Assembly: GCF_964194155.1 (NCBI RefSeq) | Contig: NC_135916.1 | Location: 1,860,001-1,924,000 of the forward strand | DNA: 64,000 nucleotides | Reading direction: 5' to 3' | Source of the DNA: Cetorhinus maximus | Lineage: Eukaryota | Part shown: positions 12,279 through 26,392 of the stretch, piece by piece | How the letters are laid out: each line of letters begins with the position of its first letter | Position numbering within the stretch: position 1 is the stretch's first letter | The notes under the pieces: model-generated | The model's input: only the letters and a program-made list of their open reading frames with translations | What the model was told of the DNA's origin: nothing | Database searches by the model: none | Program-made: the position numbers and the translations under genes

Positions 12279-12690
12279 AATTCCGCCGAGAAATTTGAAA
12301 AGAGCAGCGGGGTTGCATGGATTTCTGGGCCCTGATTGGTGGAGCAGAAACTGACAGTTCATCAATTTCAAAATGCCCGCCAATTTCAGAGGGACGAGTA
12401 ACTGACATTAAAATAAACCTAGTTTGAAGGCAGATAAAATCAATCTCAAAGTAGAAATATCATAAAATCTCGATGTTTGAGAGTCCCAATTCGGTCCCAG
12501 CTCCGACTTCCTGGTTTGGAACTCGGATTAAATTCTCATTCATTCCCTGATCGGTTTGCAACAGGCTGGAATAAAACTCCTATTGATGGGGGAAATTTTG
12601 GCCCTCACACATCAACCTCATCAACTGACTGGGTTTATTCATGTCAACGCTCTATAGATGTTAAAGGGAAAATGGTGTGATTCCTGTTTC
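12279..12690 (-). promoter_or_regulatory. Orphan distal H3 promoter (no TATA, no CDS)
   Basis: Matches 9244 onward (gaaatttgaaaagagcagcggg...gattggtggagcagaaactgacag). Confidence 0.82.
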
Positions 12691-13722
12691 TGCTGGTGAA
12701 TGGATGCGCCGTGGGGTCTTTATGGGGGAGGGGGGCTTGCAGACCGTTTATTTAAACCGTGTATCTGTCGAAATTTACATTGATGAACGATTATGTTCTT
12801 ATTATTGTATTAGGTAAAATGAACTGGCGGAAACTGCATCCCTCTCTCATTCCGGCTTCATTATGTGTTGGGTGTGAATAACATTTGGCCTTTGACTGTA
12901 CATCACAACCATGTGCCGTTGCCCGGCGGACCACAATTTAATGGATTTATCCAATACCCCACTTTCATTCAAACTCTCTTCCACAATTATTCCGAAATGC
13001 ATGTTTAGTATAGTCCAAACCGAGCGCCAAAAGCAGAGTTTTCCCTTCTGATACAGTCATAAAGTTGTACAACATAGAAACAGTCCATCGTGTCCTGGGC
13101 GGCCATCAAACAGCTATCTGTTCAAACCTTCTGTTCGGCCCGTGTTGCAGAATAGAGGTGATTAAGGGTAGTTTTATTTTTCATGTCTGTAAATCGATAT
13201 TGGTCTGATTCATGCCGGCTGTAAAATCTGATCTGAATAGAATCGGCAGCAAGAGCCAGTCAATGTCTGCCTTATAACCCGTCTTGAATTCGGATTATTT
13301 TTCTGATTGTTCAGAGGGAGGCCAGAATAAAGCTCTGTTCAGACAACATGCTGCATCGATACAGGCTGATCCGTATAAAGCTGGTACCTCCCAGGTCCTG
13401 TCATGCGTCAAAGACCCAGAAATAGAAACCGATGGAAAAAAAAATAAAGTTAGAGCGACGAAGGGGGAATACAAGGTTTGAGAATAGTTTCTCCTGATGA
13501 AATTCGACATTACATTGGGTACAGCCGTGGTCCTCGGGTAGGAAGATCGGTAATTCGTGAAAACTGATCTAAATAAAACCAAGGCATTTTTGGGACTCAC
13601 GATGGTATTGTGAAAAGAGGATGCATTGGTGGCAAAGCAGTGCCTCTTAATAAAAAAATACAAAGATTTATTTTCCCCTCTCCCCCTTCAGAAGTCACTG
13701 CTCTCAATGTGAGGTTGTGGGC

Positions 13723-13738
13723 GGCTCTTAGAAGAGCC
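13723..13738 (-). terminator. H4 3' stem-loop
   Basis: GGCTCTTCTAAGAGCC. Confidence 0.93.
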
Positions 13739-13771
13739 TTTGGGTTTTGTTATAGAGTCGGGTCGATTTGT

Positions 13772-14092
<321 letters not shown>

Positions 14093-14851
14093 TCAGTCAA
14101 ATCGCTGCTGAATGAGTGGGGAGCTGCTTCACGTTCTGCTTTTATACAGCCCGCCCCGACCTGACTGAGGAAGGGAGAGAGAGAGAGAGAGAGGGGGGGC
14201 GGGAGAGACTGAGTGACAGACAGAACAACGTCTTTGGTAAACCAGCTCCTCCTCCTGCCTGCCAGAAACAGAATTGTATTTGTCAAATTCTAAAGGGAAG
14301 TGAACAGAGTCTTTTGAACAGAACTTACACACTTGAATATCATGAAGCAGCTAATTAGCAACTCGAATCTATTAAACATCGTCTTGTCCGGATCATTTCC
14401 GACTCAATAATAAACTTTCCTTACGAGTCAAATTCTGCTTCGATTTCAACCCCAGCTCCAATTCCATCCCCACCCACAACTCCCCTCCCAGGGTGATTGG
14501 GAATTTTGCCAACATCTCCCAACCGAATGAGAGAAAATAATGGGTTTGGGTGTCAGCTGTGAGGAGTTTCCTTTACACCTGGTTTCTCTATTGCAGACTC
14601 CCACCCTGAAAATGTGAATAAAGAAAGGAAGATAAACATTAACTGCTCTCGGACACACCCCGGATACTAATCGGAAAGGATATCGATGTGTGTTATTGCA
14701 GGAATGAGAGTCGGAGTTGGGGGAGGGAGTGGAAGTGCGGGTGAAGCGCATTTCAGTGATTCAGCGGGAATATTGGATTTACAGGAAAATAAAACATTTC
14801 CACCTGAAATCAGTTCCCAGCGCGGAGACAGGGATCAAATGATCAGGGGAT

Positions 14852-14892
14852 CAGCTCTTTCATGTGAAATGTGGGTGGCTCTGAAAAGAGCC
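14852..14892 (-). terminator. H1 stem-loop (14877-14892) and HDE
   Basis: GGCTCTTTTCAGAGCC ACCCA ... AAAGAGCTG. Confidence 0.95.
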
Positions 14893-14949
14893 TTTGGGTT
14901 TAGAGGTTTACAATTTGCTCGGGATCTTTCCCTTCTTTTCTGTCTTTGC

Positions 14950-15606
14950 TTATCTCGTTTTGGGCTTGGCCCTCGCTATCGCCACTTTTTTGACGCCCGT
15001 CACCTTCTTGGCCGGAGACTTTTTCTTGGGAGCTGCTTTCTTCACCGGCTTTTTTGGAGTTGCCGCCTTCTTGGCTGTTTTCTTGGCCGCTGCTTTCTTC
15101 GCTGGGGATTTCTTGGCCGCTGCTTTCTTCGCTGGGGATTTCTTGGCCGCTGCTTTCTTGACTGGAGTCTTCTTGGCCGCTGCTTTCTTTGCTGTCACCT
15201 TCTTGGCTGCCGCTTTCTTCACTGGAGATTTCTTGCCAGCTGCTACCTTCGCCTTCTTTCCCACTTTCCCCGGGGTTGGGTTCTTAGGGACTTTGAAGGA
15301 GCCCGAGGCGCCCGTGCCCTTGACCTGAACCAGGAAGCCATTCTTCACATTCCTCTTGATGCTTTGCTTGATCTGGGAGCCCAGTTTCTCCACATCCAGC
15401 CCTTTGCCGCGCAGCGCCTTCTTGATCGCGGGCAGCGACATCCCCTTGCGATCGCTGCAATCCGCCACAACCTTGAGGATCTGCTCGCCCAGCTTGGGAC
15501 CGGCTGCACTGCTCCGGGGAGCCGCCTTCTTCTTCTTCTTGGGAGTCTTGACCTGGGCGGCGGGAGCGGCTGGAGGAGCCGTTTCGGCGGCTGCAGTATC
15601 GGTCAT
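14950..15606 (-). CDS. H1: Linker histone H1
   Basis: Globular domain ending KGTGASGSFK. K/A/P-rich tail with SPxK/TPxK motifs. Stem-loop present. Confidence 0.96.
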   Translation of the reverse strand: MTDTAAAETAPPAAPAAQVKTPKKKKKAAPRSSAAGPKLGEQILKVVADCSDRKGMSLPAIKKALRGKGLDVEKLGSQIKQSIKRNVKNGFLVQVKGTGASGSFKVPKNPTPGKVGKKAKVAAGKKSPVKKAAAKKVTAKKAAAKKTPVKKAAAKKSPAKKAAAKKSPAKKAAAKKTAKKAATPKKPVKKAAPKKKSPAKKVTGVKKVAIARAKPKTR

Positions 15607-15684
15607 GTTCCGGGACTCTGCACAAAAGTGTCTCTGTCGATCTGAACGGGCTGAGAAATGAAGCCGCTGGTGGCGGCACTGAGC

Positions 15685-15760
15685 AACTTAAAGGCAGCGA
15701 GCGGACGGGGCGGAGACAGGCTGCTGTCAGCTCCAGGCTGCTGCTGCCTCTCTGTGTTTT
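15685..15760 (-). promoter_or_regulatory. H1 promoter: GC box and H1/AC box AAACACA (15753-15759)
   Basis: ggggcggag at ~15707 and tgtgttt at 15753. Confidence 0.7.
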
Positions 15761-17609
15761 TCTCTCCTCACAAACTCCCCAATTCCATTGAAATTCCGGC
15801 TCTGCAGTGTCCCAGACTGAATCCTTCTTATCTCTGACATTGTAATGTTCGCTGTCGAAAATATTTCACTCGAATTGAAGACTCCAATTTCGATTTAAAT
15901 CCTATTAACTGCGGCTCCTTCACCCGATCACTGACATCTCCTCTACTTTTAGACTGAAATCTAGAAAACAACAAATAAGTTGTCTTGGCGTCAAGCTGGG
16001 GAGCAGGGGGTGTATTTCTTTGGAAAATATTTTTATTTTACCTAAGCGGGACTCGGAAATGTCCTGATCAGAACGGACACACAAACACAGTTTCAATCCT
16101 CTGACTCGCCCGCCCACTTCAAACACTCTCTTACACAATGTTCACATTTAAAGGTTCATTGGCAACAAGATGAACAATTGTGAATGTCTCGGTAGAGATT
16201 TCCTTCTCTTTTCGATCCTTGCTCCGGTTTCTATTTATTTGCTGTCTATTGTGAATTCAGCGAACATTAAACTCTCTGAGGCATTGGACCCGCAGAGAGT
16301 CTGATTCGCAGAATCTGGGGTCGAGCCAATTATATATGATTTCAGGTAATTGTCTGAATAGCTCACATCAAGATGTTTATTTCTGGTGACAATACAAATT
16401 ATCTGCTCCCAGTCGCTCTAGATTTCCCATTTAACGTTGGTCCTCCTGAACTGAGAAGTCACAATTTCACCAATCTCAACGTCCAGTTATGAATGGAGGC
16501 ACGTTCTGCCTCGTCACGTTACTGACAGTGACAGATTTTCTCAGATCACATTTCGATTTTTGACTAGCGATAATCTGATGAAATATCAGACCTGAATTTC
16601 TGAGAGGAGAATGAACAGTGACAGTCCTACACATCACATGGATGGAGTGTGAGTGTTAGTTGACATTGTCCTATCAACAACATTAGTAACATGCACATCA
16701 ACAGAATTCGAGGGTTGGGGGACAAAGAGCGGGTTCAAGTGTGTGTGTGTGATTCTGTGTGTAAGTGTGTGTGAGTGTGTGGGAGAGAGAGAGAGAGAGA
16801 GAGCAATTAGCCTCTATTTCTCTACCGTGTGACAATATAACAATGAGTGACCCTCATACCCATCATCGAGGGAAAACAAGACACACTGTCACTATTTCAA
16901 CAGAATATATACATATCACAATTCATAATTGTGTCTCAAACATCCGCTAGAACAAAAGGATAATATCGATCCCTTGGTACAGTTCAGGGAATGTTCATGA
17001 GCAGCTTCCTGCGATTATCTTGTTGACTGGTTAGGAAATCTTGAACACGTTGAATTTATAATCATTGGATCTTAGAAGACTGAGAGTTATCCTTATTGGA
17101 GCACCCAATATTCTGGAGCTGATCAATAAGACCGGCACTTATAGATCCCACCAGCGGTGAGAGATGCCTGGTCTCATCTCTCATTAACATTGGACGAGAG
17201 GCAGAGACATTTCTGTCCCACAGTCCAGGAAAGTGACAGATGTTGAGGCAATAATAATGAAATGTAACATTCTATAAACTCTGGAACTCTCGGGAAAACT
17301 TCGACTAAAATTGTTGAATACGACAGTCAGTGACTGACATTTTCAATCTGATTATATTAACTTGAGACTTTTACGATCTGATATTAAGTTCTGAGCTATA
17401 ACAGCAAACACACCTATTCGACATGAGGATTAATTTGCGGAATCCTGGAATGATCAGCAAAGACGCCCAGTTTGGATTTAATACAGGGATGGCCCTCCCG
17501 CTCGTAACGTCTCTGCCTTTTCCCACATTGCAATTCCTATGCTCAAGCCTGAGGAAATTGACTTGGGGAAGGACCAGGTGACCTGGTTTGTTCGGAGTTA
17601 GTTTCCAAA

Positions 17610-18010
17610 AGCACATGCGCATTGCAGCCCTGCGTTCTGGAATTTCTCGGTGACAAGACGAGCGCATGCGCGCTTCCCTTCCACCCCCAACCACTGCCCT
17701 TGACGGCCTTTTACTCACTGAGCCGAAGACCTTTGTTTCAAACAGACGGAAATGGAAATACTGGGGCCCGGGTAAGCGAGTAAACAGCGTTCTGATTCCA
17801 GCAGGGCACCGGTTTGTCAGTGTGGGCACAGAAATCATCATTGACTCGGGGTAAGTTCAGGGAGAACCGGGGGCTGTTTGTAAGAGGCGGAGCGGAGCGG
17901 AAACGTGTTCCAGAACTTGGAGTGAGCGGGTGGACGGGGAGAGGCCTTTCTGGGGCTGTGTGTGGCCCTGCTGAGGGAGACAGAACCTGAGGAAGCTGCA
18001 ATTGAAAACT
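17610..18010 (+). other. GC-rich promoter-like region (NRF1-like GCGCATGCGC) plus highly conserved element with 5' splice donors, copy A
   Basis: gcgcatgcgc at ~17662. G|GTAAGT at 17851. Near-identical to 35077-35323 and to the inverted copy 61980-62154. Confidence 0.6.
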
Positions 18011-18778
18011 ACTATTTTCTTTTTCTCTCCTCAACCCTGTAATGCATATTCCAAGTTTAGCTGCTGATTCACACAACTTGTTGGCTTTTGGACAGTGAAT
18101 AGTGGAAACAGGCAGAGAGTAAGGAGTGGAGCAGTAATGTTAACGACACGTGTTGCAGGCACCAGCTGTTCAGCTGAGGCGTCTCAAAGAAACATTGTAC
18201 CTTCCACAGTTAGATTCAGTTGGCGGTTCTTACAAAGGGAGCTGGAAATAGAAATCTGTCCTGCACCAATATCTCTGGGCCCGCGTAGTGACACCCTTGG
18301 AGCCGTACAGATGCGGGTTGTTTCTGAATGTCTCTCAATAGTTAGAAGTGGAATCAGACACTGTAGTTTTTTCGTTGTCCGCCATGATATGTACAGTGTT
18401 TTTGATATTGATTATCAGTTGAAATATTACATTGATCTATTGCCTTTTCCTGACCTCAGCTGATTTTGAGTTACTGGAGATATCTTTCTTCCTCTCTGGC
18501 AGGTTAATGAAGGGATCAGTTTCAAGCTCAAGTTCCACCAGCCAACATAGAGGTGCAGCTATCTCCTTCTAACTGGCAGCAGGTACGATCCTGGTCCAAG
18601 AGTGCACAGATACAGACAGAACATCACTGTGACCATCACCCAGAGCAGAAATAGTCAGACTCGAATTGAACTCAAACCCTGATGCACATGATCAATCCAG
18701 TAGGCTAACACACAGGGGAGACTGAATTATAATCCCCACAAAACACTACTACTCGGTACTGCTGAATGGTAGACCCAC

Positions 18779-19271
18779 TGTAAGAGGTAAGCAGCGATTT
18801 CTATGTTTTTAGTGAAACCAAAGGTCAGCAAAATTTTCCAGTGAAACCTTGTAAACCATAAGGGCCGGTATCAGCAGCTCTCTCTAGGAAGACCTTCGGG
18901 ATCATAAGGGATTAACTGGTTAGGAGATAGAAGGGGGATGAAGATAAACACATCAGTGTGATGGCAAAAAGTATCAGGGATAGAGCCAGGCTAGAACGAG
19001 ATGAAGAGGCCCTGCTTGCGAAAGCAAAGGTATGTTCCTCGGGCTGGTGACATCTGATTGTCATGTGATTATGTACTGCCAAGATTGGAATTAGAATAGT
19101 GTAATGTGTACGTGAACGGTTTAGTGTTTAAAAAAGAATGTTATCCTGCAATCAGTAGAGTTCTGTTTATAGACAATCAAAGGGATCAGATCCTCCCTCT
19201 GTCCCCTTTAATAAACAGTCCTAAACCTGTATCTGTGTCACTGTGGTCGATTCTTAGAAGAAAGTACAACA
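18779..19271 (+). mobile_element. Solo LTR
   Basis: TG...CA termini, 4-bp TSD CCAC (18775-78 / 19272-75), AATAAA at 19210. Absent from the paralog at ~736 (gtccaccaattg). Confidence 0.8.
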
Positions 19272-19499
19272 CCACCAATTTCAGTCCAAAATCGCAACCA
19301 TTATCAGATTGAAGGGCAGTCCATTCAGGTCACAAGAGTAGATCATTAGCTACAACTTAAATATCAGACAATTAATGTTTGCAGAATTATTCATGAATAC
19401 ATGCAAAGTTCTCGCAAAGCAACAAGTTAAATTCCATTCCAAAAATCTTATTCAATATCAGAAATCAAGATAGAGTATATTTTTGTTAATGGAGGCGTG

Positions 19500-22400
19500 C
19501 ATAGACATGCCAGAGGAATATTGTCATAAATACTCACTTCCACAGATCACTACAAATAAAAAATGGTTAAAACTTAACTCACAAAGCAGATATTGAAAAG
19601 TACAGAGAATAATATAAAACCACTCTCGGAGCAGAATCTGCCAAAACAGAACTATCCCGGATTCCCATAACAGAGACAAACAATTACATTGTAAAACCAC
19701 AGGCACATACCAGGGACATAGAGATGCAGAAACAAATCAAATTTTCTATAAGTCTTTTCAAAACAGGAGAAGCATGGCTACACACATCGCTGATCTTGAT
19801 GGCTACTGTAAAAACACACATGAATATGAATTAAAAATTTTAAGTTGCTGATCAAAACAAATCACCCCGTTCCATAAACCGAGAGGGACATGGAAAATAG
19901 GTTCATGCTTTCATACTAAATGGAAAACTGAAATGTGGCCATCATTCATAAATATTTTTGTTTGACAGAATCGACAATGACACAGACACACACATAAATG
20001 AGAGTCACAGAGTAAAATGCACTTGGAGATTCTGACAGAATAAATGTGAAACGTAATTATCAGACTCTGTCAGTTGCAGAGTGATATTTACCAGCTGGGA
20101 ATTAACACAGACAGGGGGAAGGCAAAAAACACTAACAATGCTGGAAATATTCAGCAGGGAAGGCAACAACTGTTGAGAAAGATTGAGAGTGATCATTGCA
20201 GGCAAATGACCTTCCATCACATCAGGAATTTCAGATAACGGGCAGTTCAGCTTTTTCTCCACAGATGTGGACAATCCTGGTCAGTATTCCCAGCAATTTT
20301 CTTCCCTTTTTTTGAGGTTTCCAACATCCAGCTGAGAATATTTTGGCTTTGCTTAGTTGCAGTTGATAAACATTCCTTCATGCTAAAATCTGACATGTAC
20401 AAAGGAAATCCCATATTCAGACACAAAAAATCAACAGATTCTCAGCAAAACTATTGTTCAGTTCTTCAAAAATTGACACAAGCAGAATGGAACATATCAC
20501 TTGTAAACCAGAGATTTTGAGCAACGAAAATAAAACAAGGAACCGAATCAAATAGGTACAAATTAAAATCCTCATTCATACAACACATTCACTGTAAATG
20601 CAGAGTCTCAGAAACTACATGTTCACTTTAACAAAGTAAAAGACATGCTCACAACAAAAACTGAAAATGAGTGGGTAGATTGAATACCACACTCTCATAT
20701 CTGAAAAGGTCAGCTACTGATAAAATGCAAACTTACATACACCAAACCTCACAGTTACTGCTTACACGCCAAGTCTGTCATAAATGATAAGGTAAGAATT
20801 GGACATGTACAGAATGAATCCATGCCATCATGCCAGATAATTATGAGTACCAATCAACATGCATATTTCTATACTGAACAATGACAAATAAAAAGATAAG
20901 TCCATAAACACATTAGAGAGACAGAATGAGCGTAAACACAAAAACACACCGTGAACACACACACACACACACATCTTCAGACGTGCTCTCTCTCTGTCTC
21001 TCACACACACACAAACACAGATAAAAGCAGGCATGCACAGACACATCATCAATCGCACAATGACAATTCTGTAATACTCAGAGATTTTGAATAAGTCTTA
21101 CATTTGCTTCTAAGACACTAATAGATAAAGAATGTAGGCTATACTCATAGGAAATGTACTGAGAATATTACGAGATAATCATAGTTACATTGTCAGGCTC
21201 AGTGAAGTAATCTCAAACACAAGTTCAGACATTCAAAAGTGTGAACTGCAGTGTAAAATTCACATTTGCATTCCAGACACGTACCTAAAACTGTCAATTG
21301 CAATTATGACCCATGCTCACAATGCAGTTATTGACAGATACAAAATAGTACTCACATTCACATGCCACAAACTAATGGAGAGAGTGAGGAAAAAATGCTC
21401 AATAGCAAGTAAGGAAGTGCTAGAAAGTAAAACAACTGGACATTCACATGGACATTCTAACACCAGCAATCACTTACCAGAACCTGACAGGTACTGAGTC
21501 GCAGTCACATTAAGAATCCCAGAAACTGATAAATACAGCAGCAGATTAAGAAACGGAATTCATACTCACATATGTGAAAGCACACCCGACAGTTTAAAAC
21601 TCACACTCATAAAAAAAACTGGCAGATGGAGACGGAAACACAGCCTTAGAGGACAACAAACCTGGCATTTAAATATTTATGAGAAAAATCAGACAAAACT
21701 AAATTCGACATTTACATTGTGATGAGACTTAAAAATTAACAGTTACAAAGCTTTCACCTTTGCATCTCAGAAAACAATAGATACAGAATAAACTACTTAA
21801 ATGCATCCCAGTGATTGTCAATGCAATCAGAGGAGTGGTCCAGCAAAGAAGGATATCACTGTTCAAATAAAAATGGCAAAATACTATTTTCATCCATGTG
21901 TTCCAAAAGTGAAACTCACCTTCATATTTCTACATGGAAAAATTACTGAAATAATAGTACAGGCCTCCAAATTAATAAATCAATCTGCAGTCGAAATATC
22001 AGGAATGAATAATGGTTGAAAGGTACAACATGAAAAGAGACAAACAAATCTTAGCTCACAAGCTGTGCTATGGTTATTCCTGGTGCATGATGATGTTAGT
22101 GACAAAGGTCGATAATAGTGACAACTTCAAAAGTCACAAAATGACCAAGGTTAAAAAGTGAGCCAACTGCAACACAAGGTAGGTACAGCATCTTTCACTG
22201 AGAGCAGAGAAACTTCCAGGTCATTATGTCCACAGTCACAACCAATTAATTGTTCATCCCCATACTGTTTCAAAGGGAAGAGACAACTTTTCAATGCAAG
22301 ATACAAACTGAGCAGTCTGATTTTTTTGCTGTTGCTTGTTTTTATTTCCATGTAACCTAGATGAGAGGAGCATACATCAATCAAAATGTTCACAGAAAAC

Positions 22401-25400
22401 ACACCAAATATCAGATTTAATTATATTGTGTTGCGTTGGTCAGAAATTAATTAATTATTCTGAGCATCATTAGGCAAGAAATAACTGATTGGAAGGGACT
22501 GAATAAATTGCAGCACAGCCCCTTAGAATTTAGACATATCTATATATTTCACACCAAAAATGCTGGCATCAGTATAGATTCAACAGCAATCCCTTTATCC
22601 AAAATGCACAAATTACATATGAGGCTGTGTATCTGATTAAAGGAGCTGTAATATTCACAATTGTTTTCACAGAGCTAAAAATCAAATGGCAATCCCGGGC
22701 AACTATTGAATATAACCTGTGACTACAAAACACATGAAGCCAATATTATAGGTTAAACCAAAGGTTAACAAATACTGCTATGTTGAGGGTTTCATAAAAA
22801 TATATTCCAACACGTTACAATAAAAGTCCAGATATAGTCTTATCTCACACTTACCTGCAACAGTGTTGAAAAACAGAAACAGATTGAATAATATACCTAC
22901 TTAGATGGGCAGAATTCTCAGGTGCAAAATTACTCACACGTTCAAACACAGACCAAATACAGCTATATGAACAAAAATAAATTCAAAGCACACCAGAGAA
23001 CGGCAACTACATAATTATCTCCACACACATTGCGCCAGGGGAGGAAAAATCCATGATGCAGATGTTAATCACCCAAATTTCCAAGTCTGAAAGCTTTATA
23101 ATAAATCCCACACTCACTACACTACCTGAATCTGAATGAGGCAGAAAAGATCTCATTCAAATAGAATAGCTGAAACCATAAAAATACAGAAATAACCGCA
23201 CAATCACATCGCCTATTGGAAACTGTCGTGTTCAAATTAATCCCCAAATCATGCACTGTAAAGGGCACTGAGAGATATGCAGAGAGTGACACATTCCCAT
23301 ACAAACCAGGTGCACAGTTCAGCTGAAAGAATCACACACTCATTGTCAGCTAGTTGGTATTAAAGACTGATTTATTACACACTCACATTCAGTTTGAGAG
23401 ACTGACAATTATAGAACCATGGCCAAACTCACAGATTATACTAGATGCTGAGAAGCAATGAACTATCCCCATCTGATGCAAAGTACCAGTGAATGAAATA
23501 CAGGGATAAAACCACAAACATACACTGAGAACATAACAATGAGAAAAATCCGAATGCTACAGGGCCAAATCCACAGTCAGGCAATATATCACCGATTGAC
23601 ACACAAGGAAAACATACTTGTAGCAGTTGACTATATGAATATCAATTTGAACTTCACATCTAGTTCCAGATATGGAGAGATTTAAATGAAATCTCACTTT
23701 TGGAGATAGCACGTTAAAATATTAAAGATAGAGTTAATTCCACTCTTGCAAACGTCTTAGATACTGACTGATACACGGAGGGAAAAATATATACATTCAC
23801 ATATAATACAAGATACTGGAGGTTACAAAATGAATGCAAATCAATCACATGTTCACCACCCTCTGAGTGAAGAACGTTCTGCTCAACACAGCCCAAAATG
23901 GACGACAACGGATCCTGAGATTGTGAATACATGTGCTAGGCCTCTCAGCCAGAGGAAACATCATCCCTGCACCCAGCCTGACCAGCGCTGTCACTATTTC
24001 ATATATTTCAAATACATCCCCTCTCATTCTACAATCATTGAGTGTATACAGTCCGAATCGGCCCATTCCCCCATCATGTGACAATCCTGCCAGCCCATGA
24101 ATCAGCCTGGTGATCATGTGCTGCACACTGGTCTCTTCATATATCAACATTTCCCAACGTATCTCTATGTAGATAATACTCTGCCATTCTGTTTTTCGTA
24201 CCCAAGTGGATGAATTCACACCTAGCCACATTATATTCCATCTGCCATGTTTTTTCCCACTCACTCAAATTATCTAAATCTCCTTGGGCACTCTTAACTT
24301 CCTCCTCATCTCTCACATTCCCTCAAAGCTTTGTGTCATCAGCAACCTTGGAAATATTACCTTTGCTTCCTTCATCACAATCATTCTTGTCTATTCTGAA
24401 TACTGGGACCCAAGCACTGATCCCTGAGGCACACCACTTGTCAACTTCTGCCATTCTCAAAAAGACTGTTTTATTCCTGCTCTCTTTATCCTGTTACTAA
24501 TCTTTTCTCAGTATATGCCAATCCAAACCGCCATCCCATGCACTTCAATTTGGTACACAAACCACTTAAGTGGCCATTTAACAAAAGGTTTCTGAAAATC
24601 TATATAGACCACGTCATCTGGTTGTCCCTTATCTACTTTGCAATTTAATTCCCAAAAAAATCTACAATAGGTTTGTCAAACATGATTTCCCTTTCATAAA
24701 CGCATGCAATCTTTGTCCAATATATTTGACATTTTCTAAGTCTCTTATTATCACATAGTTGACTCTAGTATTAAGTCTACCACTGAGGGTAGACTAATCA
24801 GTCTGTAATTCCCTGTTTTTTACCCTGCTTTATTTTTTTTGGAAAAATATACATTTCAGATTAAAGTTCACATTTCATATATCATGAACAGACAGATATT
24901 CCATGCACCCATAGCAGGGTTTAACAGATAATGTGGGGATTAAAAGGAGAATAGAAACATAATCTTATGTTGGCAGCATTAGATGTCGAATGAAATATAA
25001 AATTTTCTCCAGGGATTGACATGCACCAGATAAAATCCAAACTGACTTAAATCTGAATGTTACAGAGACAAAAACAAAAACAGAAACATATATCGGTGAT
25101 TTCAATTTCAAAAGAAAAGCTTAATATTATTGACCATAGATTGTCCGTGAGTGAAAACTACATTTAAGTAACAGATAATGAAGATTAGGCTTAATCCCAG
25201 AATCACGGAGCCTGCAGAGGATTTTCGTTTTTATTGTTGGTTTGGAATACAATGTATGCTTGCTGCTTCAGAATAGACCCTGCCTTGTTGTATAAATGTA
25301 ATCAAGCAGAGTCTATCTTTGACCCCTCAAAGATGCTATCCCTCCCCAGCATTATAAAAGTTGATTTGATCAATTCATTCCGTATCAGCCCTGGCGGTGT

Positions 25401-25570
25401 AGGATGCCTCAGTTTCAATACTGGCAGATTTAAGCCAAAAAATGTGCACACCGCTTTTGACACTCACGAACATATATAAAACAAAAGTTTTGATTCTGGA
25501 AATTTGGCGCCTTTATTGTCCTCTTGTCCACAGGCAAAACCAGAAACTGACAGTTTCGGGTAAACTGTTA
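19500..25570. repeat. Diverged paralog of the ~41-bp-repeat spacer
   Basis: Colinear with 1600-8120, e.g. 21463 ccagcaatcacttaccagaacctgacaggtac. Confidence 0.65.
23854..24830 (-). mobile_element. Degenerate CR1 LINE fragment
   Basis: Minus-strand remnants FFTQRVVN and RMRGDVFEIYEI. Confidence 0.7.
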
Positions 25571-25719
25571 TCGAGGAAAAGAGAGCGAGAAAGCTTCTAA
25601 CATTCTGTAACAGAACTGCTTTAATGTTAAGCATTAGAACGATTTGTAAAGGAATTATCCTATGTTTAGCTAAGACGATTTCTGTGCGATGTTTCTTTTG
25701 ATTAAATTTTTGTCTGTCT

Positions 25720-25915
25720 TTTCCAATTTGAAATATATAATCGTTTGTTTAACTGATGATTTGGCGCCCTTAACTTCCGGCTTCATACGTTGCTTGCCCG
25801 CATTGGTGAGTCAGGCAGAAATCTGATTGGTAACATGAAGAATATTATGAGCTATAATATAATTGACCAATCAGCTCTGAGCGCACCACCATTCCTCCTG
25901 AGGGTATAAGGGAAC
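25720..25915 (+). promoter_or_regulatory. H2A promoter (E2F TTTGGCGC, ATTGG/CCAAT, TATAAG)
   Basis: Motifs visible directly upstream of the H2A ATG. Confidence 0.75.
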
Positions 25916-25918
25916 TGA

Positions 25919-26362
<444 letters not shown>

Positions 26363-26392
26363 AGCGGCCATTCTTTAAACTGAGAACCCAAA

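Noticed and set aside
14686-15645. Long antisense or alternative-frame ORFs over histone genes (also 31013-31900, 27189-27845, 13610-14164)
   Set aside because: Shadow ORFs caused by GC-rich, biased histone codon usage.
17812-17845. C/D snoRNA (ATGATGA...CTGA on the minus strand)
   Set aside because: The boxes are only ~14 nt apart, there is no distal D box, and the segment is missing from copy C.
17738-18076. Shared minus-strand ORF (QVLSPSAGPHTAPERPLP) in the three conserved elements
   Set aside because: Differences between copies are largely non-synonymous, copy C has a frameshifting insertion, and no domain is recognisable.
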